Positions 31,476 through 41,557 of a stretch of DNA of 64,000 bases are shown piece after piece. Under the pieces are notes generated by a model. That model was not told where the DNA came from and ran no database searches. It was given only the letters and a program-made list of their open reading frames with translations. The stretch covers positions 43,652 to 107,651 of the forward strand of contig CABYZG010000002.1 of assembly GCA_902523455.1 (NCBI GenBank), written 5' to 3'. This stretch comes from an uncultured Pelagibacteraceae bacterium. Its GTDB lineage: Bacteria; Pseudomonadota; Alphaproteobacteria; Pelagibacterales; AG-422-B15. Position numbers and translations under genes: made by a program. Every line of letters starts with the position of its first letter. Position 1 is the first letter of the stretch.

Positions 31476-32909
31476 TTAACTATTTTGTTTAAAGCGCATA
31501 GCATAGCCAATTATAAAAAATAAAACTATTAAAAAATATACCCAGAGATTTCCATATTCTCTATAGACAGTAGTCTCCAATTTCTCAGGGATTTTCACAT
31601 CTAAGTAGGTTGTTTTACCAACATTTGTGACATTTAAAATTTCTCCAATTGGGCTTATTAAGCCTGAAAAACCTTTGTTAGAAGATCTAACTAGAGGTAT
31701 TCCAAGTTCAATTGATCTAAAGAGAGCGTGTGTGAAATGTTGTTGAGGGCCACTGAAGTTTCCAAACCATCCATCATTACTTATGTTTACTAATAAATTA
31801 GTGTTATTTGAAATACTATTACGAACGAAGTTTGGAAAAATCACTTCATAACATATAAGTGGTAATATATTTGCCTTAAATACCTGGTCACTACTTCCTT
31901 TAGTCAATTCGTTTTCAAAAAACTTATTTTCACTAAATAAAATATTCATCAGACTTGATAATGGAAAATACTCTCCAAAAGGTACAAGAATTTTTTTATC
32001 GTAAGTAAATCCATTATAATTAATTGAATTATAGAATTTATTTTGATCTCTTCTAATATATCCAACTAACCAGTTTTCTGGACTACTTGGATTAAGTCCC
32101 AATGAGGTTTCAGGGAAAACTGTAATTAAATTAGAAGACCCCATTGTCGCAGTATTTTCAATCGATTTCTTCGTCCATTTATCTTTTTGATTAAAATATG
32201 TATGTATTATTCTTAATTCATTTTCTGAATAGATTGTTTGATTATTATTAACTCTATACGAACCGTATAAGTATAATAAAGCGAGAATTAAAATTGCAGT
32301 AAATAAATAAAATTTATTTTTTATATCAGCAATGTAGCTAAATATACAAACTGAGCAAAATACAGTTATTATTCCAAGTCCATAAATTCCAAAAATTGAT
32401 GCAGATTGTGAGTAACTTAATGACCATGACCAACTATATCCAACTAAATTCCATGGCAGACCTGTAAATATTACACTTCTTAAAAATTCAAAAATTATCC
32501 ATATTGAACTAAAATAAAATAATTTTGAGTTAAACTTGCTCCATAAAAAAGCATTGATAAGTTGCATTACACCAAAAAAAATAGAGAGAGAAAGAGGAAA
32601 AAAAATCAAAATAATTGGTGCTACATAAAATAACTTTGCATCAAGTTCTATTATTGAGTTTGAAACCCAATACATACTTAATAGAAAAAAACCAAAACCA
32701 AAGCAAATACCATTAAAAAAAAAAATCTTGTAATATCTTTTAAAATTTTCAAAAATATAGTTATTGATTAAAAAGTAAGTTCCAATTGCAATTAAAGACA
32801 AGAATGGAACTTTGAATGGCTCAAAACTAAATGCTAAGAGTATTCCCAATAAGAAACAAGTAGCATGTACGTAAAATCTTCTAAGTGGAATCAATTCCAA
32901 TAATTTCAT
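31476..32909 (-). CDS. lnt: Apolipoprotein N-acyltransferase
   Basis: Multi-TM N-terminus, [11 protein letters not shown], and the catalytic triad motifs [20 protein letters not shown], plus NDGWFG. Confidence 0.92.
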   Translation of the reverse strand: MKLLELIPLRRFYVHATCFLLGILLAFSFEPFKVPFLSLIAIGTYFLINNYIFENFKRYYKIFFFNGICFGFGFFLLSMYWVSNSIIELDAKLFYVAPIILIFFPLSLSIFFGVMQLINAFLWSKFNSKLFYFSSIWIIFEFLRSVIFTGLPWNLVGYSWSWSLSYSQSASIFGIYGLGIITVFCSVCIFSYIADIKNKFYLFTAILILALLYLYGSYRVNNNQTIYSENELRIIHTYFNQKDKWTKKSIENTATMGSSNLITVFPETSLGLNPSSPENWLVGYIRRDQNKFYNSINYNGFTYDKKILVPFGEYFPLSSLMNILFSENKFFENELTKGSSDQVFKANILPLICYEVIFPNFVRNSISNNTNLLVNISNDGWFGNFSGPQQHFTHALFRSIELGIPLVRSSNKGFSGLISPIGEILNVTNVGKTTYLDVKIPEKLETTVYREYGNLWVYFLIVLFFIIGYAMRFKQNS

Positions 32910-33745
32910 TATTTTTTAGGTGTTGTTACTTTAACGGATTTAATTTTCATTGGATCTGCATCTTTTATTTCAAAAGTCGTGCCTGAACTGTGTTTTATAA
33001 TTTCCCCTCTTTGCGGAACTCGACCCGTTATTGAAAAAATTAATCCTCCTAGTGTGTCAACATCATCATTATCATATGAATTCAAAAATTCGACATTGGT
33101 TACTCTTTGAAGTTCATCTATTTCAATTCTAGCACTAGCCTCGAAAGTATTTAGAGAGGATTTAATGAGCATCGGCAAGTTCTTTTCGTCATGTTCGTCT
33201 TCAATTTCACCAGTAATTTCCTCAATTACATCCTCAATTGTAACAAGACCATCAGTACAGCCATACTCATCTATTACAATACCCATATGTAATCTGGTTA
33301 ACTGCATTTTTAACAATAAATCAAGCACTGGCATTGAAGGAGGGATTTCTAAAATTTCTCTTTTTAAATTTTGAAGAAAATTAGTTTCCGTTTTTTTTTG
33401 ATTTTGGTAATTTACCAGATCCTTTATGTGAATCATGCCAATAATATTATCAAGATTTTTCTCATATATTGGCACTCTAGAGTGAGCTTCCTTTATAAAA
33501 ACCTCAAGCACTTTTTCAAAGCTGTCATTTAATTCAACTGCACCAATGTCAGCCCTCGGTATCATTATATCTGATGATCTGATGCCATCAATTTTTAAGA
33601 TATTTAGAAGCATCAATCTTTCGTGCTTTGAAATTCCCTCAGTATCTTTCGAATCACTATCTAAAACAGTTTCAATACTTTGTTTTAAATTGTTATTTTC
33701 AGTATTTTTTTTTAAAAAAAATTTTTCAAATAATTTTCTGATCAT
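32909..33745 (-). CDS. corC: CBS/CorC-domain Mg/Co transport-associated protein (YbeX/TlyC family)
   Basis: DIMIPRADI, HSRVP, VIDEYG..DGLVTIEDVIEEITGEIEDEHD, TLGGLIF. Confidence 0.9.
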   Translation of the reverse strand: MIRKLFEKFFLKKNTENNNLKQSIETVLDSDSKDTEGISKHERLMLLNILKIDGIRSSDIMIPRADIGAVELNDSFEKVLEVFIKEAHSRVPIYEKNLDNIIGMIHIKDLVNYQNQKKTETNFLQNLKREILEIPPSMPVLDLLLKMQLTRLHMGIVIDEYGCTDGLVTIEDVIEEITGEIEDEHDEKNLPMLIKSSLNTFEASARIEIDELQRVTNVEFLNSYDNDDVDTLGGLIFSITGRVPQRGEIIKHSSGTTFEIKDADPMKIKSVKVTTPKK

Positions 33746-34197
33746 GATAAGTGCTTTATATTATCAAATATTATATTTTCGAACTTATTCATTTGCTTAA
33801 ACTGTTTTTCTGTATTGTGATCATAACCCAACAGATGAAGCATTCCATGAATTGTCATCTTACACAAATGGTCGTACTTTTTAGCTTTTTGTTCAACGGA
33901 CTCCTCCAATAAAAATTGATTTGATAAAACAATATCACCTAAAAGGTGTATACCATCTGAAGTAGATTTCATTGGAAATGATAGAACATTTGTTGGTTTA
34001 TTTTTATTTCTATATTGATTATTAAGTTTCTTAATTTCATTATTTGAGGTTAAAAAAATACTAACAACAATATCTTCATCAATCTTTATATCCATTTGCT
34101 TAAGCGTTTCATTTACAGCTTGTCCAATATATTTTTTGAAATGCGGAAAATGTTTTTTCCATCCTTTGTCCCCAATATTATAAGTTATCTTAGTCAT
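33742..34197 (-). CDS. ybeY: rRNA maturation endoribonuclease YbeY
   Basis: LNNQYRNKNKPTNVLSFP, LGDI, HGMLHLLGYDH. Confidence 0.96.
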   Translation of the reverse strand: MTKITYNIGDKGWKKHFPHFKKYIGQAVNETLKQMDIKIDEDIVVSIFLTSNNEIKKLNNQYRNKNKPTNVLSFPMKSTSDGIHLLGDIVLSNQFLLEESVEQKAKKYDHLCKMTIHGMLHLLGYDHNTEKQFKQMNKFENIIFDNIKHLS

Positions 34198-34200
34198 TAA

Positions 34201-35220
34201 TTATGATTTTTGATCAAAGAGGTCTTTTATTTGGTCATCGTATGAATCATACGCATTTATAATTTTTGTGACCATTTCATCTCTGACAATATCTTTTGAT
34301 CCTAGCTCAACAACTTCAATATTATCAATTTTTTCCAGGATTTTAATTGATTTTAATAACCCTGAATCACTTTTTCTATTGAGGTCTATTTGAGATGGAT
34401 CACCCGTAACTACCATTCTAGAATTTTTACCACATCTAGTTAAGAACATTTTTATTTGTGTATGTGTTGCATTTTGGGCTTCATCCAAGATGACAAATGA
34501 ATTATTTAATGTCCTGCCTCTCATAAAAGCTAGAGGAGCTATTTCAATTTCAGCGGATTCAATTTTTCTAATAGCTATATCTGATGGCATAAGATCGTAA
34601 AGACTGTCGTACAATGGTCTCAGGTAAGGATCTACCTTTTCTTTTAAATCACCAGGTAAGAAACCAAGTTTTTCTCCAGCTTCTACTGCTGGTCTAGATA
34701 GAATTATTCTATCAAATTTATTATCTAGTAATTGAGAAACTGCTGCTGCAACTGCTAAGAATGTTTTGCCTGTTCCGGCTGGGCCAACCGCAAAGATAAT
34801 TTTCTTTCTTTGAAGAATATCTAAATAATGATTTTGCATTTTACTTTTACCAATAACATCAAGTTTTGCTGTCTTAGTGACTGTCAAGTTTCTTATTTTA
34901 TCATTGTCATTTAAAAATTGCATTTTTAGATTCTCCTGAATTAAATTAATATTATTTCCTTTTCTGTTGGATTTTAAATCCTGTTGTGTTTTTAAAATTG
35001 CATTTCGCAAAATATTTCTGTATTTTTTTTCACCTTTAATAATTAGTTGATTTCCTTTTTGAAATACCTTAATGGGAATTTGATCTTCAAAAAAATTTAA
35101 ATTTTCATTGTTAACTCCAAATATCTCTACAACATCTAAGTTATCAATATTTATTATGGAAGATCCTGACGTCAGGTCCTTTTGATTTTCGGATATAGAT
35201 TTTATTTGTTTATTTTTCAA
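34201..35220 (-). CDS. phoH: PhoH-like ATPase (YbeZ)
   Basis: GPAGTGKT, RPAVEAGEKLGFLPGD, APLAFMRGRTL, DEAQN, GDPSQIDL. TTG start. Confidence 0.95.
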   Translation of the reverse strand: MKNKQIKSISENQKDLTSGSSIINIDNLDVVEIFGVNNENLNFFEDQIPIKVFQKGNQLIIKGEKKYRNILRNAILKTQQDLKSNRKGNNINLIQENLKMQFLNDNDKIRNLTVTKTAKLDVIGKSKMQNHYLDILQRKKIIFAVGPAGTGKTFLAVAAAVSQLLDNKFDRIILSRPAVEAGEKLGFLPGDLKEKVDPYLRPLYDSLYDLMPSDIAIRKIESAEIEIAPLAFMRGRTLNNSFVILDEAQNATHTQIKMFLTRCGKNSRMVVTGDPSQIDLNRKSDSGLLKSIKILEKIDNIEVVELGSKDIVRDEMVTKIINAYDSYDDQIKDLFDQKS

Positions 35221-35238
35221 ATTAAGCAGATAATCAAT

Positions 35239-36546
35239 TTAACAAATACCATATAAGCTCTTGTGGTTGCAAGATGTAATATCAATATCTTTTTCATAAC
35301 CTGGCACTAGATCATTAGACTTTATATAAACTGATTGCATAAAGGGCGTTCTTCCAAAGAAATATTCAGGATTACTTAAACTTTGATTCTCAATTAAAAC
35401 TTTTACAGTTTTATTACAAAACTGTTTATTAAAGGAGTATTGAATTTTCTTTAATTTTTCTTGCAACACTAACAGTCTTTCTTTTTTTACTGAAATTGGA
35501 GTATCGTCGACTTCTGTCGATGACTTAGTTCCAGGTCTTGAACTATAAATAAATGAATAAGATTGGGTAAACTCAATATCATCAATAAGTTTTAATGTAT
35601 CATTAAAATCTTGATCTGTTTCACCTGGATAACCAACAATAAAATCTGAAGATATTTCTATATCTGGTTTTGCTTTCTTTAACCTATCGATAGTTCTTCG
35701 ATAAAAATTGGGATCATATTTTCTGTTCATTTTTTTTAAAATTGACTCTGAACCAGACTGAACAGGCAAATGAATAAATGGCATAAGCTTATCATTTGTA
35801 GCATGTATATTAATTAAATCATCACTCATATTTATTGGATGCGAGGTTGTATATCTAATTCTTTTCACGTTTTCATTTTTACTAATTTCTTCTATAAGAT
35901 CAGAAATATTTACTCTTACTCCATTGTTAATAGACTCATAAGCATTAACATTTTGACCAAGTAAGACAATTTCTTTTGCGCCATTATTAGTAAGAACATT
36001 TACTTCTTTTAATATCGATTCTAAAGGACGGGAGTACTCTGGTCCTCTTGTGTAAGGAACAACACAGAACGAACAAAATTTATCACAACCTTCCTGAATG
36101 GTTATATATGATGAAACGCCTTGCTTTCTTTTTTGTTCACTTAGATAATCAAATTTTTCATTTACAATAAATTCAGTGTTGAGCTGTTTCGGGTATTTAT
36201 TTAAATCATCAATCATTTGTGGTAGTAAATGATAACTTTGTGGACCCAAAATTATATCAATCGACTTATTTTTATTAAACATTTCTGAGTTTTCAGCCTG
36301 GGCTACGCAACCGACAACAGCAATAGTTTGTTCCTTCTTATATTTATTTACTCTTCCAATATCAGAATAGAGTTTATGGGCGGCCTTATCTCTAATATTA
36401 CATGTATTAAATACAATCAGATCAGCATCTTCAGCATATTTATTTAGCTTCAAACCTTTATTTTCTAAAATTGAAGTTATTTTTTCACTATCGTAAATAT
36501 TCATTTGGCACCCATAAGATTTTACGAAAAAAGTTGAATGGCTCAT
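35239..36546 (-). CDS. miaB: tRNA-2-methylthio-N6-dimethylallyladenosine synthase
   Basis: SYGCQMNIYDS, NTCNIR, GCVAQ, QEGCDKFCSFC radical-SAM motif, HLPVQSGS. Confidence 0.97.
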   Translation of the reverse strand: MSHSTFFVKSYGCQMNIYDSEKITSILENKGLKLNKYAEDADLIVFNTCNIRDKAAHKLYSDIGRVNKYKKEQTIAVVGCVAQAENSEMFNKNKSIDIILGPQSYHLLPQMIDDLNKYPKQLNTEFIVNEKFDYLSEQKRKQGVSSYITIQEGCDKFCSFCVVPYTRGPEYSRPLESILKEVNVLTNNGAKEIVLLGQNVNAYESINNGVRVNISDLIEEISKNENVKRIRYTTSHPINMSDDLINIHATNDKLMPFIHLPVQSGSESILKKMNRKYDPNFYRRTIDRLKKAKPDIEISSDFIVGYPGETDQDFNDTLKLIDDIEFTQSYSFIYSSRPGTKSSTEVDDTPISVKKERLLVLQEKLKKIQYSFNKQFCNKTVKVLIENQSLSNPEYFFGRTPFMQSVYIKSNDLVPGYEKDIDITSCNHKSLYGIC

Positions 36547-37323
36547 TTAATTAACTTTTATGCTTTGATTTAAACCACTTAATATCTGCTTCTCACAATA
36601 AGCTGCCAGTTCTTTTCGATTTTTAAAGTTATTTACGCTCATGAGATCATGAAAAATGATATCTACTGTAATTCTACCAGATCTGAGAAAATTTGCCATT
36701 GCTGCAACCATTGAGGTATCGCCGACCCAAGCAATGTTTCGTCTTAAATAAATACCCATCGGAATATTATTTAACTTTGAATAACATATTGAAATTGGCT
36801 GAATTTTAATCTCGTTATTGTTGTCAAAAGCGCACTCAAGCATAGAAGATTTGAAATTCTTAATACCGTTTCCATCAGAAGTCGTACCTTCCGGAAAGAT
36901 AATAAAATTTTCACCAGCTTTTAGTTTTTTTTGAATTAAATAATTATATTCAACAATTTTATTTTTATTTTCATTATCTATAAAAAAAGTATTACTTAAC
37001 ATTGCTAAAAAACCAAAAATTCCCATTTGTGATACTTCTTTCTTAGCTATGAATCGTGCATTAAGTAGTGTTCCTAAACAAATTATATCAAACCAAGAAA
37101 CATGGTTTGCTATATAGAGAACTCCCATATTTTTTTTGTTAAGTCTTGTTGTGTTAAAATTAATATTAATACCTGTAACTATTTTTATCATTTGATAAAA
37201 GTAAAGAGGATAAATCCTCTTTAACTTAAATCCAATTATGTTACAAAAAATTTGAATAGGTATAGAAAAAGCAATAATTAAAAGTAGAAAAATCAAAATA
37301 AAAACGAGTCTTAAAATAGACAT
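36547..37323 (-). CDS. Lysophospholipid acyltransferase (PlsC/OlsA family)
   Basis: NHVSWFD (HX4D), FIAKKEV, FPEGTTSDG; in the fur-acyltransferase-miaB context. Confidence 0.88.
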   Translation of the reverse strand: MSILRLVFILIFLLLIIAFSIPIQIFCNIIGFKLKRIYPLYFYQMIKIVTGININFNTTRLNKKNMGVLYIANHVSWFDIICLGTLLNARFIAKKEVSQMGIFGFLAMLSNTFFIDNENKNKIVEYNYLIQKKLKAGENFIIFPEGTTSDGNGIKNFKSSMLECAFDNNNEIKIQPISICYSKLNNIPMGIYLRRNIAWVGDTSMVAAMANFLRSGRITVDIIFHDLMSVNNFKNRKELAAYCEKQILSGLNQSIKVN

Positions 37324-37743
37324 CTAATTATTTTTTTTTATTTTGATTCCATAAAGCTCTAACCTATGATCAACAAGATTGTATCCAAGCGACTTTGCAA
37401 CAGAACGTTGAATCTCTTCAATTTCTTCATTTGTGAATTCGTGAATTTCTCCTGTTTCAATATCAATCAAATGATCGTGATGATGGTCTTCAATAGCTTC
37501 ATATCTTGATCTACCATCTTTAAATTCATGTTTTTCAATAGCACCATATTCTTCAAAAAGTTTTACAGTCCTGTAGACCGTTGCAATACTAATATTTTTA
37601 TCCTGCTCGTTGGCATTTAGAAATATTTCATTTACATCAGGGTGGCCATTGGCACTCATCTCTGTAATAACATCGGCAATAATATTTCTTTGCTCTGTCA
37701 TTCTTAACCCTTTATCTCTGCACATTTTTTTTACGTCAATCAT
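37324..37743 (-). CDS. fur: Fur/Mur-family metal uptake regulator
   Basis: GLRMTEQR, HPDV, ISIATVYRTVKLFEE, HHHDHLID, HRLELYG; usual alphaproteobacterial fur/mur locus. Metal specificity cannot be decided from sequence. Confidence 0.88.
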   Translation of the reverse strand: MIDVKKMCRDKGLRMTEQRNIIADVITEMSANGHPDVNEIFLNANEQDKNISIATVYRTVKLFEEYGAIEKHEFKDGRSRYEAIEDHHHDHLIDIETGEIHEFTNEEIEEIQRSVAKSLGYNLVDHRLELYGIKIKKNN

Positions 37744-37752
37744 TTAAACCAC

Positions 37753-38379
37753 TCAATAATAATTATTTATATATAATGGTTTTGGGTCAATTTTATCAAT
37801 CATATTATTATCAATTATTTCTGGTAATTCTTTCAAATTATAATCTATTAAATGAAAATTCTCTTTTATTTTAAGAAAACTTCTATTTTTTAATGATTTT
37901 CCAAGTAAATTAATATTGCAAATATATATTGTTGAACTGTTGTATCTGAACTTTTCATTATCAAAATTAACTAATGTAGGTGAGTTAATGCTCTTATTGC
38001 CTTTGAATGATTGAACAAAAAATTCGTTATTTCTAAAGTGTAAAATTATACATTTTGTTTTTCTAATTTTACTCAGTCCCATTTTAAAATTGATTAATTC
38101 AAATTTAGATAATCCAAATACATTTAAATTCATGGTCAACTTAAGAGCTTTAGCAAAAGTTAATGCAGTTCTAATACCAGTAAAACTTCCCGGTCCTGTA
38201 ATAATATAAATTGATTTTATTTTTTTTATATTTGTATGTGATTTTTTTAAAAATTTATCAATCTCAATAATTAATATTTCGGAAATATTTTTTTTTATTT
38301 TTAATTCTTTATTAACTGATTTACCATTATATATTAAAGCTAATTTAAATGACTGAGTAAAATCTAAAATAAGAAACAT
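37753..38379 (-). CDS. tsaB: tRNA threonylcarbamoyladenosine biosynthesis protein TsaB
   Basis: ITGPGSFTGIRTALTFAKAL, C-terminal PKPLY; otherwise divergent. Confidence 0.85.
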   Translation of the reverse strand: MFLILDFTQSFKLALIYNGKSVNKELKIKKNISEILIIEIDKFLKKSHTNIKKIKSIYIITGPGSFTGIRTALTFAKALKLTMNLNVFGLSKFELINFKMGLSKIRKTKCIILHFRNNEFFVQSFKGNKSINSPTLVNFDNEKFRYNSSTIYICNINLLGKSLKNRSFLKIKENFHLIDYNLKELPEIIDNNMIDKIDPKPLYINNYY

Positions 38380-38420
38380 AGTATTGCTATTTTTTACATA
38401 TAGACTAAAAATTAGATGAT

Positions 38421-39455
38421 ATGAATAATTTTTTTTTTAATAATTTAAGCAAAAATTATTTTTTATTTTTAATAATTTTCTCCTCATATACTTTACCTGC
38501 TTTTTCTGAGTCTGGTGTTTCAGTATTCATGTATCATAGATTTGGAGAAGACAAATACCCTTCTACTAATGTTAGTGAAGAGCAATTTTTTTCCCATATA
38601 GATTACATTCTTAATAATGAAATTAAGATTATTAAGTTAGAAGAATTGATTAAAGATCTAGGTCAAAATAAAAAATTTAATGACAAGACTGTGGCATTTT
38701 CTGTTGATGATGCATATAGCTCATTTTATAAAATTGCTTGGCCAATTTTTAGAGATAATGAAATTCCTGTCACTTTATTTCTGTCTACTGAGATAATTGA
38801 CAATAGAACAAATGGTTACATGACTTGGGAAGAAATCAAAACATTTGTTGATGAGGGCGGAAGCATTGGACAACATACATCTACACATTTACACATGCCA
38901 TTAAATTCCATTTCGGAAATAAAAGAAGACATTTTAAATTCTCATAAAAGCTGGATTAAAAATATTGGTTACATACCTAAACTATTTGCCTATCCTTACG
39001 GAGAATCTAGTAATGAAGTGATTGATATACTCAAGGAGTTTGGTATTTCGCATGCATTTGGTCAACACTCTGGGGTTGTTTCCAGTTTTGATAATCAATA
39101 CTATTTACCTAGGTTTTCACTCAATGAAAGATTTGGAGATATTGATAGATTTGAATTTGCAGTTAATGCTTATTCTCTAAATATAAAGGATTTTTTGCCA
39201 GGAGATATGTTTTTAATCGATAACAAAAAACCCTTAATTGAGTTTAGTATTTTAAATAATTTGAAAGGAAGCCCTATAGATTGTTTTTCTAATCCTGGTG
39301 GCAAATGGGATAAGCAAGAAATAATAAATATAAAAAATAATAGATTCCAAATAAAATTAAAAGAAGATTATTTAAGTGGAAGAGCGCGTCTAAATTGTAC
39401 AACAAAGGTTGATGATGAATGGTATTGGTTTGGATATCAGTTTTTAGTTAAATGA
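38421..39455 (+). CDS. Exported polysaccharide deacetylase (CE4/NodB homology)
   Basis: Hydrophobic N-terminus, FMYHRF, FSVDDAY, GQHTSTH, FAYPYGE, LPRF. Confidence 0.88.
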   Translation: MNNFFFNNLSKNYFLFLIIFSSYTLPAFSESGVSVFMYHRFGEDKYPSTNVSEEQFFSHIDYILNNEIKIIKLEELIKDLGQNKKFNDKTVAFSVDDAYSSFYKIAWPIFRDNEIPVTLFLSTEIIDNRTNGYMTWEEIKTFVDEGGSIGQHTSTHLHMPLNSISEIKEDILNSHKSWIKNIGYIPKLFAYPYGESSNEVIDILKEFGISHAFGQHSGVVSSFDNQYYLPRFSLNERFGDIDRFEFAVNAYSLNIKDFLPGDMFLIDNKKPLIEFSILNNLKGSPIDCFSNPGGKWDKQEIINIKNNRFQIKLKEDYLSGRARLNCTTKVDDEWYWFGYQFLVK

Positions 39456-40416
39456 TATCAGTAATCAGTGGAGTCTGCTGATCAATAATTAAGTTTTCAA
39501 AATCTTGAAAGTCATTTATTTCAATAATATCTTTAATTTTATCAATATAATCATCTTCAATAGAGTAACTAGATAAAAACTCAGCTAAATAACTACCTTT
39601 CAGAGATATCTTATTTGAACGCAGCACAAATCTATTAATGCGAAACTCATTATAGTGAAAATTTGTATTTAGATTTTTCATATAAGACGCTACAGACTCA
39701 CTTAAATTATTAAAAGATTTAATTTTATATTTAGCATCAGTTTCTCTTTCGTTTGGAATGATACCATCGTTAGTTTTACCCCAAATGTACTGCCCAAAAA
39801 GTGCATTACCCTCGTATGCAAATCTGGAAGTGCCCCATCCGCTCTCTATAACAGCCTGAGCTAGTGCGAGTGAAACGGGTATTTCATCAACTTTTATTAA
39901 TAGAGAATCTAAAGTATCAGCCTTATATTCTTCCATTAAATTTTGAACCCAAATAGCTTCTTTTCGTGATATTTGATCAAAGCTACTTTTGATTAATTTT
40001 ATATTCTGGTTCAAAGATGAAATTTTTCTATTTTCTTGGACTATTAACGGTAATGTAATTTTTATAAATAATTCTTTTCTATTTTTAATGGATTTTATAC
40101 TTTTTAGATCCTTAGGTAGTTGAGACACTTTTATATTTGGTATCGACTTAGTTTCTCTGATTTGATCAATCCTAGTATCGTAAATTAGTTCATTTTGCTG
40201 GAGAGATTTTGCAGTTTTTAAATCAATTATGTAAGAAGCCTGCATATCTTTTTCAGCATGGTTTAAAGGCATATCTTCCATCGTATATGACTTTTGATAA
40301 AAGGTATTGGTATATATCAGCGAAGTTAAAACCGATAGAACGATGAGTAAAAAAATAAAATAATATATTTTAAATAGAAATTTAATATTTTTATCTTGAG
40401 TAATTAAAATATTCAT
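39448..40416 (-). CDS. Membrane-anchored glucosaminidase-domain protein (GH73/Bax-like); likely start ATG 40416 (ORF track 40467 overlaps nfuA)
   Basis: N-terminal TM segment, IPVSLALAQAVIESGWGTSRFAYEGNALFGQ, SYMKNLNT...Y..FR..R. Confidence 0.85.
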   Translation of the reverse strand: MNILITQDKNIKFLFKIYYFIFLLIVLSVLTSLIYTNTFYQKSYTMEDMPLNHAEKDMQASYIIDLKTAKSLQQNELIYDTRIDQIRETKSIPNIKVSQLPKDLKSIKSIKNRKELFIKITLPLIVQENRKISSLNQNIKLIKSSFDQISRKEAIWVQNLMEEYKADTLDSLLIKVDEIPVSLALAQAVIESGWGTSRFAYEGNALFGQYIWGKTNDGIIPNERETDAKYKIKSFNNLSESVASYMKNLNTNFHYNEFRINRFVLRSNKISLKGSYLAEFLSSYSIEDDYIDKIKDIIEINDFQDFENLIIDQQTPLITDII

Positions 40417-40429
40417 AGTGATTATTCTT

Positions 40430-40993
40430 CTATAGTACCTGCTCAACTTTTTTGACTTCAGGAACATTATGTTTAAGCATATTTTCGATACCGTTTTTCA
40501 ATGTAACCGTTGCACTTGGACAACCTGCGCAGCTCCCTTTTAAGGAAAGATAAGCTGTACCACTTTCATATTTTATAAATTTTACGTCTCCACCATCTTG
40601 CATAATTGCCGGTCTGATCTTTGATAATAATATACTGTTGATCATATTAACTACTTTCAGGTCATCGTAATGAAACTGTATATTATCTAATTCATTGATG
40701 TCATCGTCTCTTTTATCAATAGCTGGAAGGCCAGAGTTAAGATGATTAGAAATTACATGTAATATTGAAGCCTTAAGTTGATCCCAGGTATAATCATTTT
40801 TATTAACCGAGATACAATTTTTGTTAAATAATACATTATCAACCCCTTTTATTTTGAAAAGTTCGTCTGCTAATACTGAGTTTCTGTTAACTTGTGATTT
40901 ATTGAATTCAATTGGTTGCTCACACAGCTCATGATCAGTAAGAATGAACTTTAGTGAATTTGGATTTGGAGTTGATTCGGTTTGTATAAACAT
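40430..40993 (-). CDS. nfuA: NfuA/NifU-family Fe-S cluster carrier
   Basis: MFIQTESTPNPNSLKF, IRPAIMQDGGDV, LKGSCAGCPSATVTLKNGIEN. Confidence 0.92.
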   Translation of the reverse strand: MFIQTESTPNPNSLKFILTDHELCEQPIEFNKSQVNRNSVLADELFKIKGVDNVLFNKNCISVNKNDYTWDQLKASILHVISNHLNSGLPAIDKRDDDINELDNIQFHYDDLKVVNMINSILLSKIRPAIMQDGGDVKFIKYESGTAYLSLKGSCAGCPSATVTLKNGIENMLKHNVPEVKKVEQVL

Positions 40994-41080
40994 AATGTTT
41001 CTAAAGTTATATAGATAGATTCATAAAATTTTAAAGTTTAGATGCAGTTATTTATTAAGTTACTGAAATTTAATTGATTT

Positions 41081-41557
41081 TTAATCTGATCGAGATGCTA
41101 AATCATCTATTAGCTCGTCTGAAAGTCCTTGTGGAATTATAACAATAGGCACAGGTAATTTTCCAGATTTTTGTCCTGCCAAAAGTGATACAAGTGGTCC
41201 GGGTTGATCTGACTCAGCCGCAGCTAGAACAAGAAATCTAATCGCGTTGTCCTCTTCTAGTGTCTCTATAATTTTTTCACTTGTGGTGCCCTCTTTTATA
41301 ATAAGCTCAGGAACAATATTAGTTAGATCATTAATTACCTTAGACCATTTTTGAAGTTTTTTTTGTGCTTTCTCTCTTGCTTCTTGAAGTATTATATCTT
41401 CTATTGACTGCCATTGTTGAGGATCAAATTGTTCTATCACATTTAACAATGTTATTCCTCCCTTTGTACTCTGCGCACGCTTAGCGGCAAATCTGATTGC
41501 AACGTTCAATTCCTTAGTGTCATCAACTATTACTAAAAATTTTGATCTATGCTTCAT
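41081..41557 (-). CDS. Universal stress protein family
   Basis: FLVIVDD...AIRFAAKRA, LVLAAA...PGPLVS, PVPIVIIP; typical trpS-usp-nifU context. Confidence 0.88.
   Translation of the reverse strand: MKHRSKFLVIVDDTKELNVAIRFAAKRAQSTKGGITLLNVIEQFDPQQWQSIEDIILQEAREKAQKKLQKWSKVINDLTNIVPELIIKEGTTSEKIIETLEEDNAIRFLVLAAAESDQPGPLVSLLAGQKSGKLPVPIVIIPQGLSDELIDDLASRSD

Noticed and set aside
35165-35176. 12-bp palindrome CCTGACGTCAGG
   Set aside because: Single occurrence within phoH coding sequence, with no repeat family or regulatory position.
38429-38438. T10 tract at the 5' end of the deacetylase as a phase-variation switch (also A11 in lnt at 32715-32725 and A10 in lpoA at 49920-49929)
   Set aside because: A/T runs of 9-11 nt recur throughout the window, including in spacers and essential genes, and all frames are intact.
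40987-41030. ICE half-site (TTTAGAA) and RpoH-like CTTTAA-N15-TCTATAT upstream of nfuA
   Set aside because: The second ICE half matches only 3/7, and the -35 lacks the key G of TTG. Too weak in an AT-rich spacer.
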